A stretch of DNA of 62,886 nucleotides, the filler included, from Kipferlia bialata (lineage: Eukaryota), in the NCBI GenBank assembly GCA_003568945.1. It is 4 parts of 4 records of this genome, joined end to end, with 100 filler letters (N's around TTAATTAATTAA, not from the genome) between each part and the next. Parts side by side here need not be neighbours in the genome. Positions count along the whole stretch, not along the records: positions 37,921 to 56,143 come from BDIP01000022.1; 3 more parts are not named here. One strand, written 5' to 3'. Position 1 is the first letter of the stretch, and each line of letters opens with the position of its first letter. Made by a program: the position numbers and the translations under genes. A model generated the notes under the pieces. The model was not told where the DNA came from, made no database searches, and saw only the letters and a list, made by a program, of their open reading frames with translations. Below, piece by piece: positions 39,503 through 53,409 of this stretch.

Positions 39503-42275
39503 ATGGACAATGTCTACGAGCTGGAGCGGTTGCCAATGACATCCACTAGGTAATGTAGGCATGTATGACCAATGGATCGCTGTTGGTGGCTGTTGCGATG
39601 TCTATATCACAGCTCTTCTATATTGTCATTGGCTAACTTGACATTGCCATTACATTTGCACATGGTGTATCCCATCCTCTCACTCCAGGGATGACGTCCT
39701 GATGCGGATAGGGACGATGACATGGGGTAAGTGGTAATCTTTGGGCTTGGGCTTGTATATGATGGGTATATGTCTCACTCGATCGGTACTGGTACCGATA
39801 CCGGTGCCGATACCACTCAGGGATATAGTTTCCCGTGTTGTCTCTCTTGCATTAGCATACGATAATGTACTCTCTCTGTCGCCCCCCCCCCCCCCCCCCC
39901 CCCCCTCCCCCCCCCCCCCCCCCCACCCTTACCTCCCCCCCCCCACATTTACATTGGTCACCCCCACTTACCTTTAGGTCTCATCTCCTATACTCCTCAC
40001 ACGCTCTGCCGCCTACTCTACCTCACTCTCTCACCCCCAGAACGACGTCGTGTCACGTGTCCGTGCCAAGTACGACACAGAGCTCGAGAGCAATGAGGCC
40101 AACATCGATAAGATGAGGGGGAAGCTACGGCCTTTAGTATCCTCGATCAGATGTGCAATGTACTACTGCTGCTACCCTGACTTTGAGGGTTTTCCTGACT
40201 GGTGAGTCTATTGTGCATAATATTTATGTATTCATACACATATATATATAAGATGCAATGCGCATTTGTAACAGGTATATATTAATTATCGTTTACACAG
40301 TCTCACTGTCACTGAAGGGTACGTATACTTTTGTCATGTACCTATAGCAGTACAAGGCGTAAATATACCTGGGATATCTTTCGCAGTCTTCCGTGCACAT
40401 TATGTATGCTCTATGTCCACCATCCCTCTAACCTTAGTATGCACATCTCCCAGACAGACTACCTGGGGGATCCTTCAGCCTCATGCAGAGAGTTTCTCCA
40501 CCCGGCGCTCACCAGGTATGCACATGGCACCTTGAGCACTTGGAAGAGAGACAAGGAGGCTATTGACAAGGTTACCAGGCACTACTATCGTCTATGTAGC
40601 TTGGGCGAGGTGCCGGAGTGGTACCATCAGTTTTCCAGTGCCACCAACTACGAGGACCTCGTGGCTCCAGTCCGACACTACGTTGCCGAGGGGTCGTTCT
40701 TTCTGCACTATCTCTGGCTTCAGGTTCAGAACCTGCAGGAGGAGAGAGACGGGGAAGCCAGGACACGAAATGCTCGTGTGCTGAGATGCCTGGGGGATTC
40801 TTGGGAGGTGGCTTCCGTGATACTGAGGCTCAAGGAGACTGTCACCCTCTGTGCCAACTCCCAGGGGTCTCCTGACGGAAGCCTTGGCCTGCAACCTGGG
40901 GATATCACCGGCAACCGGCCCTTCGTCTACCGGGTCGGGGAGAGGATATACACCGTGACCCCAGAGCAGTATAGGTATGTATAAAACATAACCCACTAAT
41001 CCCACCAGTCCTCACCCAAGGTGGGCAGACAACGAGGCCTTTCTCAAGGAGGTCTTCTCCCCTGAGGACGAGGATACTGAGTCTGAGTCTGAGTCTGGGT
41101 CTGGGTCCGGGTCTGACTCTGACTCTGAGAAGAACCTTTCGGAGCCAGAGGATGCGTCTGACTCTTCCCCTCCCCTGTACTATTACTATGACAACGAGGA
41201 TATCCCAGGCCGCAATATCGACCGTAGCGACACGGTCCAGTGCCAGCCGGCAGCCAGGAGTGACAGTAGTGACACTCGTCAGCCATGCACACTCGGATGC
41301 TCTGTTATGCCTGCTGCAGCCCAGAAGCGTCAGTTCACTGAGATGAGTATGGAGGGGAGTGATGAGGAGGGCGATGACACTGCTCTAGCATGCAGGTCTC
41401 CTTCTGAGAAGAGAGACGCTGAGGGAGTCACTCCCGTCGACCATGAGAGAGATAGAGTGGAGAGGGAGCCCAGCAACTACCAGAGCCACCAGACTCTCAC
41501 GACAGAGGCAGATGGACACCTCAGTATCCTATGTGACACAGAGAAGCACGACAGCAAGACTGCCATGGAGAGAGCCGAGGAGGCAGAGTCTGCTGCTCAC
41601 TCTCTGTGGGCTAGCCTGGGCACTCAGAGAGGTGAGAATGGGAGGCTTATTGTACAGAACACCCAGCTGAGACAAGATAGAGATGGTGCTGTGGAGAGAT
41701 TGCAGGAGGCTGGAAGACTCTTGGAGCAGGAGAAAGCCGTGGTGAGAAAACTGCGCAAGGATCAGGGGGAGGACATTGTAGCCTTTGAGGAGCTCCAAGA
41801 CCTCTGCAAGTCTCTTAAGCACGATCGCGATGCCGCTGTTGCGAGAGCTGAGAGGGCTGAGTCTTCTAGACTCGCTGACAGAGACGCTGCGATTCATGCC
41901 CTGAAGTCCCGCTGTACCTTCCTAGAGGAGATGGGAGATGCAGCTCTGGAGGATGCGGCCAATACAAAGCGTAAGCTGCACAAGACAAAGGGGCAGTTGG
42001 ATGAGATGCATGACCAGTACACTCGGATATTGGGAAAGTACGAGGCTCTCCAGAAGAGTTCCAAGGTGAGTGCAGCTAACGCAGCAGCGGAACTGGCCAG
42101 GTACAAGCGGAAGGTGAAGAACATGGAGGACGAGGAAAGGTGGAGACTCGAGAGAGAGCAGAAGAAGAAGAGACAGGAGCAGGAGAGAAGGCAGGCGAGG
42201 CTGGATGAGACAGGGAGGAACCTTATGGAGCCACTGTCGGAGGAGGAGACTGTGGATGAGGAAGATATAGAATAG
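39503..42275 (+). CDS. Hypothetical protein with acidic/Ser-rich linker and long C-terminal coiled coil
   Basis: Exon at about 40454-40974 splices in frame to an exon at 41021-42275 that contains the 322-aa E/K/R/L-rich ORF. 5' exons are tentative. Confidence 0.65.
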
Positions 42276-42683
42276 GCATATAACAATGGTTATTGGCATT
42301 ACCATGACGTCGGATAGAGGATGGGTTGAGTAAATGTAGTATTATTCTCGTGACAAGACTTGTCAGTCTCTCATGAGGGGACTGTAGCAAGGTCCGAGTG
42401 GAGGCTCTACTGGAGCAGAATGAGACCTACTGCAACTTGTTGTAGTAATATACTCGCTTGTAGACCAAGGATAGGATCTTTACAGTTTAAGCATCTACAC
42501 GTCACTGAGTATCCGTAAGAGAGATCTGGAACCTCTGGTTCCGATTCGGACTGTCGGAATATATCCTGTTTTCTCTCAGTCCCGTTCTTCACACCGTTCA
42601 ATGTCGCTTAACCCGCAGGCTATCAACCCTCTTACCTGTTAACAAATAGATGTAGACTCTACAGCCCCTCGGCGTAGAGCTCT

Positions 42684-45600
42684 TTGAAAGCGATACCCGC
42701 ATATCTCTATGCAGTTTCATCATATGAGAGTCTGCATCATATATTCACAAGAGACCATCTTCTGGCCAGGAGGCCTCAGTACGGTGGTTTGTTTGACTCC
42801 CTCTCCATCGAGTTTCAACTAAGTGTCAACCGTGATCACAGTGACCATTACTGTCAGCCACACTGCCATCACCTATGCCGAAAGGGTACGCAATTGATAT
42901 GGGATAGGTTGTATACCCTAGCAATTTTACTGCATCCACTTCCCTTTACAGTCAATTAGCCGTGTCTAATTCTCCAGGTCTCGCGCACTGCAACTGCTAC
43001 CAATATTGGCCTACCTCTGTGCCACCACCACCCTATGTCTGGTGGCACTGGTTGGTAGCCTTACGTTGGTACTTCCTAAGGCGCATGCACTATCTCTGTT
43101 TGTTGAGAGTTTGAACACCGAGCGATACGGAAGACTGGTCCTCCTCGTGCTCCACTTCAGCCTATTGGCCATGCCCATTATGTACATGTACCTAGGTGGG
43201 TTCACATAAATACAATTATCTCGTGTGTCACACCCTCTTATAGACTCAGCTGTACATTATGTAAGTGCTTGACACTGCTCTTTCACTACACTACAGCTTC
43301 AGTTCTTCGAGTATCGCTAACCCCAGCTCAGCAGTACTGTCTGGTATCACTAGGCAATGGAATGGCTACCCGGTCATGGGGAGAGAGATGGAGACATCTG
43401 AGGACTAGCAAGCCGCAACAGGCCGATAACCAGCCTTGTAAAGCATATGCCGATGCCTTAAATACGAGTACATTCATGGCCATTGGAATTGTTCTCATTG
43501 GCATTGGAGAGTGTCTCGGGTTGGTTCGGAGATTGAACACTCTGTCCCGAAGTGTGAGACTTATTGGAGGCACCACACTATTGTATGCGCAACTCAAAGT
43601 ACGTGTATTGTATCTATTGAAAATAGTAGTGGATCTGTAATGTACTCTCTGTCAGCTCTCATTGCAGACCCTCACTCTATTCAACGAAGCTGATGCGACA
43701 ATTGTGGAAAAGGAGTCAGTGAGCCATAGTCTAGGTGCATATACTCTAGAACATTCATATCAAGAGGAAACGTCTTATGTAGTACATAATATGTACCCAG
43801 TGGCTATTGTCTACTGTCTCAGTGTCGGACACCCTTGAACTGTTCTTTAGTGATACTGAAGTGGGTAACAATATTCACTGACATAGCTCCCAAAACATGC
43901 TACCGGAGCACTAGACACTATAGGAGCATCAGTGTTACACGGACACAGGTACCTCAGTATTGATGGTATTGGTTGCCGCTAGAAGATTGGAGTAATGATA
44001 TATCATTGGAACATGCCTTCTAACCTTCGATCATGGCGCACGCTTGCGTAGTCGCCACTTTACCCGCATTGATTCCAGTGATGTTCCCAGAGAACTTGAA
44101 GGTTCTGATATGATTGATTTCTACTACGAGAGAGTCTCAGAGCTTCCCCTATCTCACATTAAGGCATACCTATGCTTCCTTCCCGTATTCCTAGTTGTCG
44201 GTGCAATGGCGTCTGTGCTACCTGCGGTGCCAGACCAGTATGCACATGCACTGTCCACGTGGCTGCTGCAACCTAGGTTCCTCACTCTTGTTCAAAGACA
44301 GGTATAGATATAGATAATACATTCTCAGACCCCATAGAATTGTGCAGGTACTATCATCGTCTACATAAATAGCCGACTAACCAATCAGCGGTGGCCACAA
44401 AACAACCAACCAGGATCGACACTGCGAACCTATTTGCAGTGGTTGTTGTTGGATGAGTCTGAGACATCGCCACTGTCTGCTTATCAGGTAGTGAGGCCTG
44501 TACATTGTGTTGTGATATACAACTGGAATTGTGCGCTACTACTTGTTATAATATGAGGTACTGTTATCACTTGTGTAAGTAGAACTACTCACCCGTAGGT
44601 GTTGAGTTTGATGGCGAGAGCCCAACCACGTACCAGTACACAGAAGATAGCAGACTACTCTATGACCCAAAGACTTGGTCCTCCCTCCTGTTCGCTGTTG
44701 CACAAGGTATATGTGTGGTGTACTGCCTAACCTTATCTCTCAGTGTCAAACCCTGATTCATTGACACACCACTTGTATGACAGCCTTTAGTTTTTTCATC
44801 TCAGGCTATGTTTGAAATTGCCTTTGTGCTCCCTCTATCCGTGCAGAAGTGGTTGGCTCCCTTCATTCTACCGCAGTCCTTGGTGCTTCGAGACAGGTTA
44901 GAGTACCCTTGATACTCAACTTCTATCATAATACATACCCATACCCAGGGCGTGGCTCCGTCAGACTGTCCTGGCCCAGACCTATACGAGTCTCCTCCAT
45001 ATGCCAGCTGCCATCCATATTGATGACATGGCCTATCACAACTCAGCTGGTAAGAGACTCTGTGATAAGTGGCACATTACTGTAGACTCTCATGAAAGTG
45101 CAGAGATTGTTTCTGTTTACGACTTGAAGAGAGATATACCATCACAATGTGCTATTATGTATGTTCCCACAGTATAGTTGTCTCACTGTCAGGTGACCTT
45201 GCTTCTCTACTATCTGCCATTCAGAACAGTAGGGAATTGGAAAGGTGGGTTCTACCCAGTATATGTCAGATAATATTTCCATACTGACCTGGGGTTCTTC
45301 AGGCACTGTATTCAGTACAGTATTATATATATCTCTACTGATCCAGCCTACACACTGCCGCTAAGGTCTGTGCGTACCAGCTGACTATGGGTAGGGTGCT
45401 CAGCCACAACTCAAGGCTCATGCCCCATGACCCAGAGGTACGATACATAGCGTAGACCAGAAGTTTACACTTCGAGTAGGTAGTAACTCCAGGATGTTGA
45501 CAACCACCACTGGCTGCCTGTACACAGGACGGTTGGCAAGTCCCATCCAAGTGGAGTCTACTGGGAGCCACCCCTACCCTTCACACCTCCTCCAAGACTC

Positions 45601-48600
45601 TGTCGCCTTAGGTATGGTAGAAGTACAAACCATAGGATACCGAGGAAGTGCTTTCTACATCCCAATCGTACACCACTCACAATGCTCGAAGTGACTTGTT
45701 TCTCACTGTGTTACACTAGGTGGCCCCCAGTATCCCATCCACCTCCTGGTGCAGTGGCCCGGTGCTTTCAGGTAGACTCAGAAGTAGGCTCCTGTTACCA
45801 CTCATCTCGTAACCTGGAGACCTGTGTTACAACGACGTATCTGTTGACACCCCGCTGACACAAGCTACCCTACATGCAGTATGTGCATAAGAAACTCATG
45901 ATGGTGACAGAGTCTTGGTACAGGCTATTCCTTCTTCAGCCATACGAGGTAAATACACATTCTGCACTCTCGAGCAAGTATAGTAATTGCCATTGAACCT
46001 ACCATTGAAATAGTCACTACTTTTATGTCTTTTGCTAATGTAGAGAAGCAAACTACTCACTACAGCCACGTGGAGCGTGGTGGCGTCACATCAACCAGAT
46101 GCTCCCAGATACAAGGAACTCTATCCTACTTGAGGAGGTTTGTAGCAGTGACGAGACCCCTTGTTCCAGTGGATGTATCAGTATACTCTAAAATAGCCTT
46201 CTACTGATTAACACCCAGAGCAACGATGAGTTCACAGGTCCCAATGCCACAGACTGTGTCTATGCCACAGTGACAATGGTGCTCTCCAACGGAGACGAGA
46301 GGGTACGTGTAGACTATGCTAATGCTTTCACACCATTTAGAGTAATATAGCTGTACTGAACATTCAGTTTGGTACTGCGTTCACGTGGAACCACATTGTG
46401 GACAGAAGAGGAAGAGACAACAGCCCTCTGGAGGTGATTGCCCACATGTCGTATGTAACCCCAAATACATAGACCAGTGTATATACACCTCAAAATCTAT
46501 AGTATGGACCATAGGGCACTACACTGATGGGTAAACAGACCCCGAACTACGTACTATTCACTAACCGCAGGTACATGGCTGCCTCACCCTGTTCTGGCAT
46601 CGAGACCATCTAGGCCTAATGCGTCGCAGACACTCAATGGGCCTTGACGTTCCACTAGTGCTACCTGACGCTATATGCAGAGACAGGCACTGTGGTTGTG
46701 GCTGTGGTGTAGCCGGGAGAGGCCTGGGAGAAGAGGTGCCGGAGGGTGGACTACCAGTGGACAGCGGGTTACCCAGTGCATCCCTTCTCCTCAGTCCCTG
46801 GTATCGCCGTGAGGAGACCCCAACCTATCTGCCGCTTCGTCTGTTCAAGCCACCCATTCATGTCGTAAAACAGGTAAACTTTCCTGGTGTCGCCAACAGC
46901 ATCCATATTGTTTTCGAGTACTTTGCCGTATATACCCTGACTTCCCTCCAGGGGCAGGTCATGGGTTTCACCAGTGTATATGATCAGGCAGTGGCCAACA
47001 GAGCGGTTAGGTGAGTAGGCCCACTATCCCCACTGACTTAGAATTCTCTACTTGAGATTACTTGCTGATTTCATAGGTACGCACTAGACCAGTTCTGTGT
47101 GGACCTGGACTACAAGACATCTCTACTGGGGAAGGTTGTAGATGTCCCGGCACTACACATGGCCGCTGTGTATCTGTGCAACACAATGGGGTAAGGCTAT
47201 ATATGAGTGTGTCTCTATCCGTAGAACACGATCAGATCTAACCTTGTAGCTTCGAGACCTGTGGTGTCTCTAGCACAGCCTTCACGACGTTCTTGCTTTC
47301 AATATCGGTATGTAAACCAGTATAACGAGACGCTTATCACTCAAGATCCATATTGAACTTCCGTGTAATAGTATAACGATTTAGAGGTGTTTTGCCCCAT
47401 GCTTATGACACCCAGGCTGCATATCCCGCTGGTCACTCAGAGTCCTGTCTCGACAGCCTCCACCTGACCTACCACCTCTGTCATGCAGTGAGGGCTGATT
47501 CTGGGGACACTTCCCTTATGAACAACTATCAGGTTGGAGTGTATGTCTAGCATGTCTGATAGATGAAATGTCGTCCTAATTGATACTTCCGTAACTCCCT
47601 CACTAACTTTAGTCTCTCCTTGCAGTTCTGACAGCACTTGCAGGGGGACTGAGAGAAGGTATTGTGGGAGTGTAGTACACGGAGTATCAGAGCCGCATTC
47701 TCTTTAGAGAGAGTGTAGGCATGGCGTTGAATCTGGTCAATATTGTGATTATTCTCATTAGTACAGGAATCAGCACAGATGGAAGGGTGCAAGTGGCCAG
47801 CTGCCTGCACAGGGAGGACTCTCATATGACACATATCTCAGGGTGAGTGTACCTGTCGGATAGCACTATGGACTAACACAATATTTACATGTGTATCATG
47901 GAGGCTTCATGATGTAGCGGTGATAGCATATGGCGTAAGCAGCAAGCGTTTAACTCTAATCTCACTCCAGACTGGCTCTTGTACTTGTCAAGCAGTTCTT
48001 TTAGTAAAGTCGCGTAATATTACGCACAACTAAAATGGTTAGACCAATCTTGTATAGATCGAGCTGTGAACGCGCGACTCTAATCGTAGGTTGGTGCTTG
48101 TACTTGCCAAGCAGAGTGGAATACTGGAGCACATTCCAATGGGTACATGTGCCATGATGAGGACACTCATACTGACAACATCACCAGACAGGATATGCTC
48201 TCTGATACTCGAGGTACCTAGTATGTTGACTCTACACACTCCAGTGAGTAACTGTTTAATCGATAGCTCTCTCAGTTACCCCTTCTCATAGTAGCTGCAG
48301 CATTGTTCCGCATGGTTGAGAGGGATGCCAAAAAGGGAGAGAGCCAGTGTGATGCATGTGAACAGGCTGCAGGTGAGAGACACGTCACACTGAAGGCCTC
48401 ACAAGTATTTCTTCACGAGAAACTGTCAGACAGATGTAGTAGTACTCTAATAGGTCTCGTAATATCTTTGCTCCTACAATTCATCGCAGCTTGAGGAGGT
48501 TATACCGTCTCTGTTGGCAAGTCCCGACTCTGTGGTGGGGTCCTTACAGTCATTGGTTCTAAGGTGAGTTAACATCGTACAATACTCACTCAAATTCAGC

Positions 48601-49077
48601 TGTCCTTGTGTTTAATACCGCGTACTAAGTAGTAACTTCAGGAGCGTAGTAGCACTCTCTAGCATGGCCTGGTGCCGAAAGGGAGACACACAGCGAAGGT
48701 ACTGTGATGATATAGTGACAGACACAATTACACTATAGGCGTCGTCCTATGTACATCCAATATCTACTTACAGGTGGCAGCAGGACTCGGCTGTAAGGGC
48801 ATCCCTAGAGCGAAGTGCTTTCAACCTCAGTGACAAGTGGGTGGGGGCGGAGAGACAGGTACTAGACAGTGTAGTCATACTCTTCACTATATTCTCATCC
48901 ACTATACCCTATTTTAGTGTAGTATTTGGACTAGGACATAGTAGGAGGTCTGATCCTCAGCTGTGCATTGTGCTCCAGAGGGCACTGTACCAGCCACTCC
49001 TAGACCAGTTGCTGGCCTTAGCTGATGTTCTGAACCTCAAGTACCTGGAGGTGCTGCTCCAAGAACTGAAGAACTGA
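42684..49077 (+). CDS. Multi-TM protein with highly degenerate C-terminal PDE-like domain (5' boundary uncertain)
   Basis: Many short-intron exons with hydrophobic segments at 43000-45350. Phase-consistent 3' exons: FETCGVSSTAFTTFLLSIS|...YPAGHSESCLDSLHLTYHL...|SLLAVLTALAGGLREG|...LVLVLAKQSGILEHIPMGTCAMMRTLILTTSPD|...WCRKGDTQRR|...ALYQPLLDQLLAL...LLQELKN*. Confidence 0.55.
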
Positions 49078-49186
49078 GGGCATGATTGAAATAGATAGAG
49101 GCCGATAATAGAGAAACCCAGTCAGTTATGAACACTCGGGTAGCTGAAACACTAATGGTTTATTACACGATTATTCACACACTGTT

Positions 49187-52100
49187 CTATCTCTTCCCAG
49201 CTCTGAGGAACCTGTCTAGCTGCCCCCCACCCCTGACATCACTGACACTCTCACTCTCACTCTCGCTGTCGTAGGAAGAGGACGCAGAGACGTCAAGCGG
49301 TGTGGGCTTAGGCACCACCACTCTACTCTGTGTGACACTCTCCCTCTGTGGCACTATAGGCTCCATGGATAGGGCCCTTCCCTTCAGAGGCTGCACTGAT
49401 CTCCTAGTGAAGTGGGGTGCACTGCTACGGGTACCTGGGGGTGCAGAGGCACGAACAGGGATGGACACTGCAATGGGGGAGGGAGGGGGCGAGGAGGAGG
49501 GGGAGTGTGTCTCCTGCTGGTAGGCGATGGGGTGGGGCATGGGGTTGTGGACAGCAGTGGCGTTGTAGCCAGCACCCTCTCTCTCTCTCTCTCCCACATA
49601 CACTCCACTTCCATCCAGTGCGTCCTGAGAGGACGTAGAGGCCATGCCCATACGTCCATAGACCCTCTCCCTCTCTCTCTCCCTCTCACTTTCCTGTCCC
49701 ATAGTGCCTGCACCATACTGTTGCTCACCCTGCGGTGGAGTGTGTATGACTGAGGAGGTGCGCACAATGGGTAAGGGGCCAGAGGTAGAGGTAGCGGCAG
49801 GGTGAGGCTGAGGGAAGGCGGGTAGTACACTGGCTCTACTCGGCTGTGCAGAGAGGGATGCCCAGGCAGCACTCTGCCTGGCACTGTGTAGTGAGCCAGG
49901 TCTCCCTCCCTCCCTCTCTCTCCCTGCGGGTCTCCCTAGGGTATAGGGGTCAGGGGAGTATGTGGGTAGGTACCCCTGTACAGGTTGGGCATTGTGGGGG
50001 TCACCCACACTGGACCACTCACTCTCAGAGGGCTCTCCCACCCCCACACCCCCTCTGCCAACTAGAGAGACTGCACCCTGGGTGACAGTGCGGGTGGTGG
50101 GCCTGGTGTCAGACACTGAGGTAGATACACACTGGCACACATATATATACATATTACAATACTGTACTTACTCTGATAGACGTATTTCTGCATTGAATTC
50201 CTACCTGGACCAGGGGCCTAGGGATCCCACACTGTACCTCTGCCTATACAGACTGTTGGTGTTGCTAACAGTGCTACCTCTACCAGGTGGCATGTTGACA
50301 ACAACACCACGACCTCTCTCCCTCTCTCTCTCTCTGTCATACGGGAACCGTCCAGTGTCCATGGAGTACCCACCTCTCTCTCTCCCCCTCTCCCCGTCCT
50401 CGCTCAACCCACTAGTGTCCACATCACTGGCTGTATAGCTCTCGTCAGAGGTATGGGCCGCATCTAGGCTAAGCAGGCCATAGCGCTGCTGAGAAGCCAT
50501 CTTCTGCTTCAGAACCTGAAATAAGGGTGTAGAGGGAGAGAGAGAGACATTGAGGGTGTAGAGAGAGAGAGAAGTGTTTACCTTGTTCTCCCCGAGTACG
50601 TGTCTCATGCACAGGCCCCAGTGGAGGAGGTCTCTCTCTCTCTGACAGCCTGTATATGAGTGAAGTCTACAATACAATCATATAAATATGCTGAATACTC
50701 CTATGGGAACAGTGTCTGGAGGAATATTGTATACGTTTGTGAATACCTGCCACCACGCTAGCTGCCACATCCACTGCCCTCTGTTGTGTATGTACTGCCC
50801 TGTACATATATACATTACATACCACACAATATATATCTTGGTGTATACATACCTGCCACTACACTGGCTGCCACATCCACTGCCCTCTGTCTCAGCTGGT
50901 ACTCCTCCCGGGACACACTGTCTGGGGGGTTAGACAAGGATAGATAGGAATTGATACGTGTGGGAAGAGAGAGAGGGAGACAGAGACAGGGAGAGAGGCT
51001 CAGCAGGCACTCCTCCCGGAGACACTGTCTGGGGTTAGGTACAAACAAGTATACACAAATATGTATTTGTTGACGAAGAGAGATACTAGGCCTAGTACTC
51101 TTCTACAACACAGTCCCTGAAGTATGAACCAATCAGGTATACATGTGAGAAGACTGAGGAGAGAGAGAGAGCCTACCTGACAGCATCTCAAGTAAGGAGA
51201 ACACTCTCCCCCGACACCATTGCTGACTCTCTCTCTCTCTCTATCACTCTATATATATATATATACAGATATACAATATGTATCCTATACCTGACAGCAT
51301 CCCCAATAGTGACAGCACGCTCTCCCCCGACCCCATGGCTCTCTCTCTATATGTATATACATATATACATATGTATCTTACCTGAGAGCATCCCGAGTAA
51401 GGACAGCACGCTCTCCCCCGACCCCATGGCTGATGCACATGCCGATGCACAGGTGGCATCCTTGGGCTGCCTGCCCCTCTTCCTCCTGCTCTCTCTCTCT
51501 CTCTTGGATGGCGACACCCCCCCTCTGCGATTGGAGGAGTTCTCTCTCTCCCCCTCCCCCTTGAGTATCGCTTCGTACACTATGCGGGACGTGTCCTTGC
51601 CCTCCCCCCCACCTATGGCTGTGGTGTCTAGGGTGAGGGGGGGTACAGGTGCACAGGCAGCCGGCATGGACTGGACAGCCTCGTCTGACACCTAGGGGTG
51701 AGGAATGTATACAAAGTCATATTGAGAATATACACATACATATATATAGAGAGAGTTATATCTGATACCTCCCCAAGGCACCCGTAGAGGAGAGAGAGAG
51801 ATGCGGCGGTGGGTGTGAACATCAGGGATGGACAGGGAGCTGCAGACTCTGGTGTAGACAGAGTACTGGCCCCCCATCTGGCACTCGGACTACCCCTCAC
51901 AGTGCTCTCTCTCTCCTTGTCTCTCTCCCTCTCTCTATCAGTGCTTCCACTGCTGCTCCCACCGAGTCTCTCCCTCTCTCTCTCCCCCTCCCTCCTCCCC
52001 TTCTTGGCGGGTAGACTACGTCGCAGCATCTGCATCTCCTCGGCATTGCTGCTCTTCAGGGCCTAGGGTTAGTGAATGACAAGTATTACAAATATGTAGT

Positions 52101-52503
52101 AATATAGACATTTGAAACAAATATACATGTAGGTATTTCTACACTGTACCTGCAGCTGTGCCTCCACCCACACATACATATATAGTATATACACATGTAT
52201 AGTAATATAGGTATATAGATACACCTGTATAGCAATATATGTAGGTAGTTCTACACTGTACCTGCAGCTGTGCCTCCAATGCTAGAGTATAGAACTACAA
52301 ATAGTTATATGTAGAGTAATACATGTAGTTATGCATACCTGCAGCTGTGCCTCCAGGGCAGCCACCAGGGCAGCGGTGTCATTGGACTTGACCTGGGTTA
52401 GAGATGATGAAAAGCATACAGCGCACATGTTCCGAACAGATGTATATCGCTGTTCATTCATGCATACCTGTGTATTGGGCACTGTCTCCACCAGCTTGCG
52501 CAT

Positions 52504-52535
<32 letters not shown>

Positions 52536-53376
52536 CTAGGTGTAGTATATCAATGTAGTATATATCTCCATACCTGTGGAATGGGCACTGTCTCCACCAG
52601 CTTGACCTTGCAAACATCTATATGTCCTCACATATGCATAGAATGTAAAATTCTGTATATATATATATATATATATATACTATTTCATATATATGGCTAT
52701 ATACCTGTGGTATGGGCACTGTCTCCACCAGCTTGCACCGCTTGGCAAAGGCTAGGGTGCTGAGGGTGAGACATATATATAGATAGAGAAACAATCCCAG
52801 TCAAGGAGCTATACAATGTTATCATACCTAATTGTCTCACTCAAGGATGTTTTCTCTGGACACACAGTGGGTATGACACACACACATATATATACTCTAT
52901 AGATAAGTGCATATACACATACTATACCTAATTGTCTCACTGAGTGATGCTGTCTCTGGGCACACTGTGGCTATGACACAGGTGCGGCAGTTGCCAGACA
53001 GACTGTTCTGTAGCAGCCTAGGGGTTGGGATTGAAGATACATTTGGAAGAATACACTGAATGGAGAGGATAATATATATTACACAAGAACACTTTATGCA
53101 GTTGCCACACAGCCTGTTCTGTAGTAGCCTGGGGGTTGGAAGAGTATCAAATGGATATGTAGTATGGTCAGTATATACGTTGTAAGCTTACTGTTTCTGA
53201 ATGGAATACCTCACCTATAAACACATACATTATAATTAGAATATATGTGGATATATATACCTTGTGAGCTTACTGTTTCTGAATGGGATGTGCTTGGTGC
53301 CAGGCTCGGTCAGGGCACTGATGACACTGCCTGGGGTGAGGGGTATATACATATATATAGATAGATATTAATATAC

Positions 53377-53409
<33 letters not shown>

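Noticed and set aside
39882..39944. Long poly-C/poly-G tracts (also 1-39, 23819-23870, 37783-37802, 56107-56134) as G-quadruplex or telomeric elements
   Set aside because: They coincide with contig ends and broken gene models, so their length and context are unreliable.
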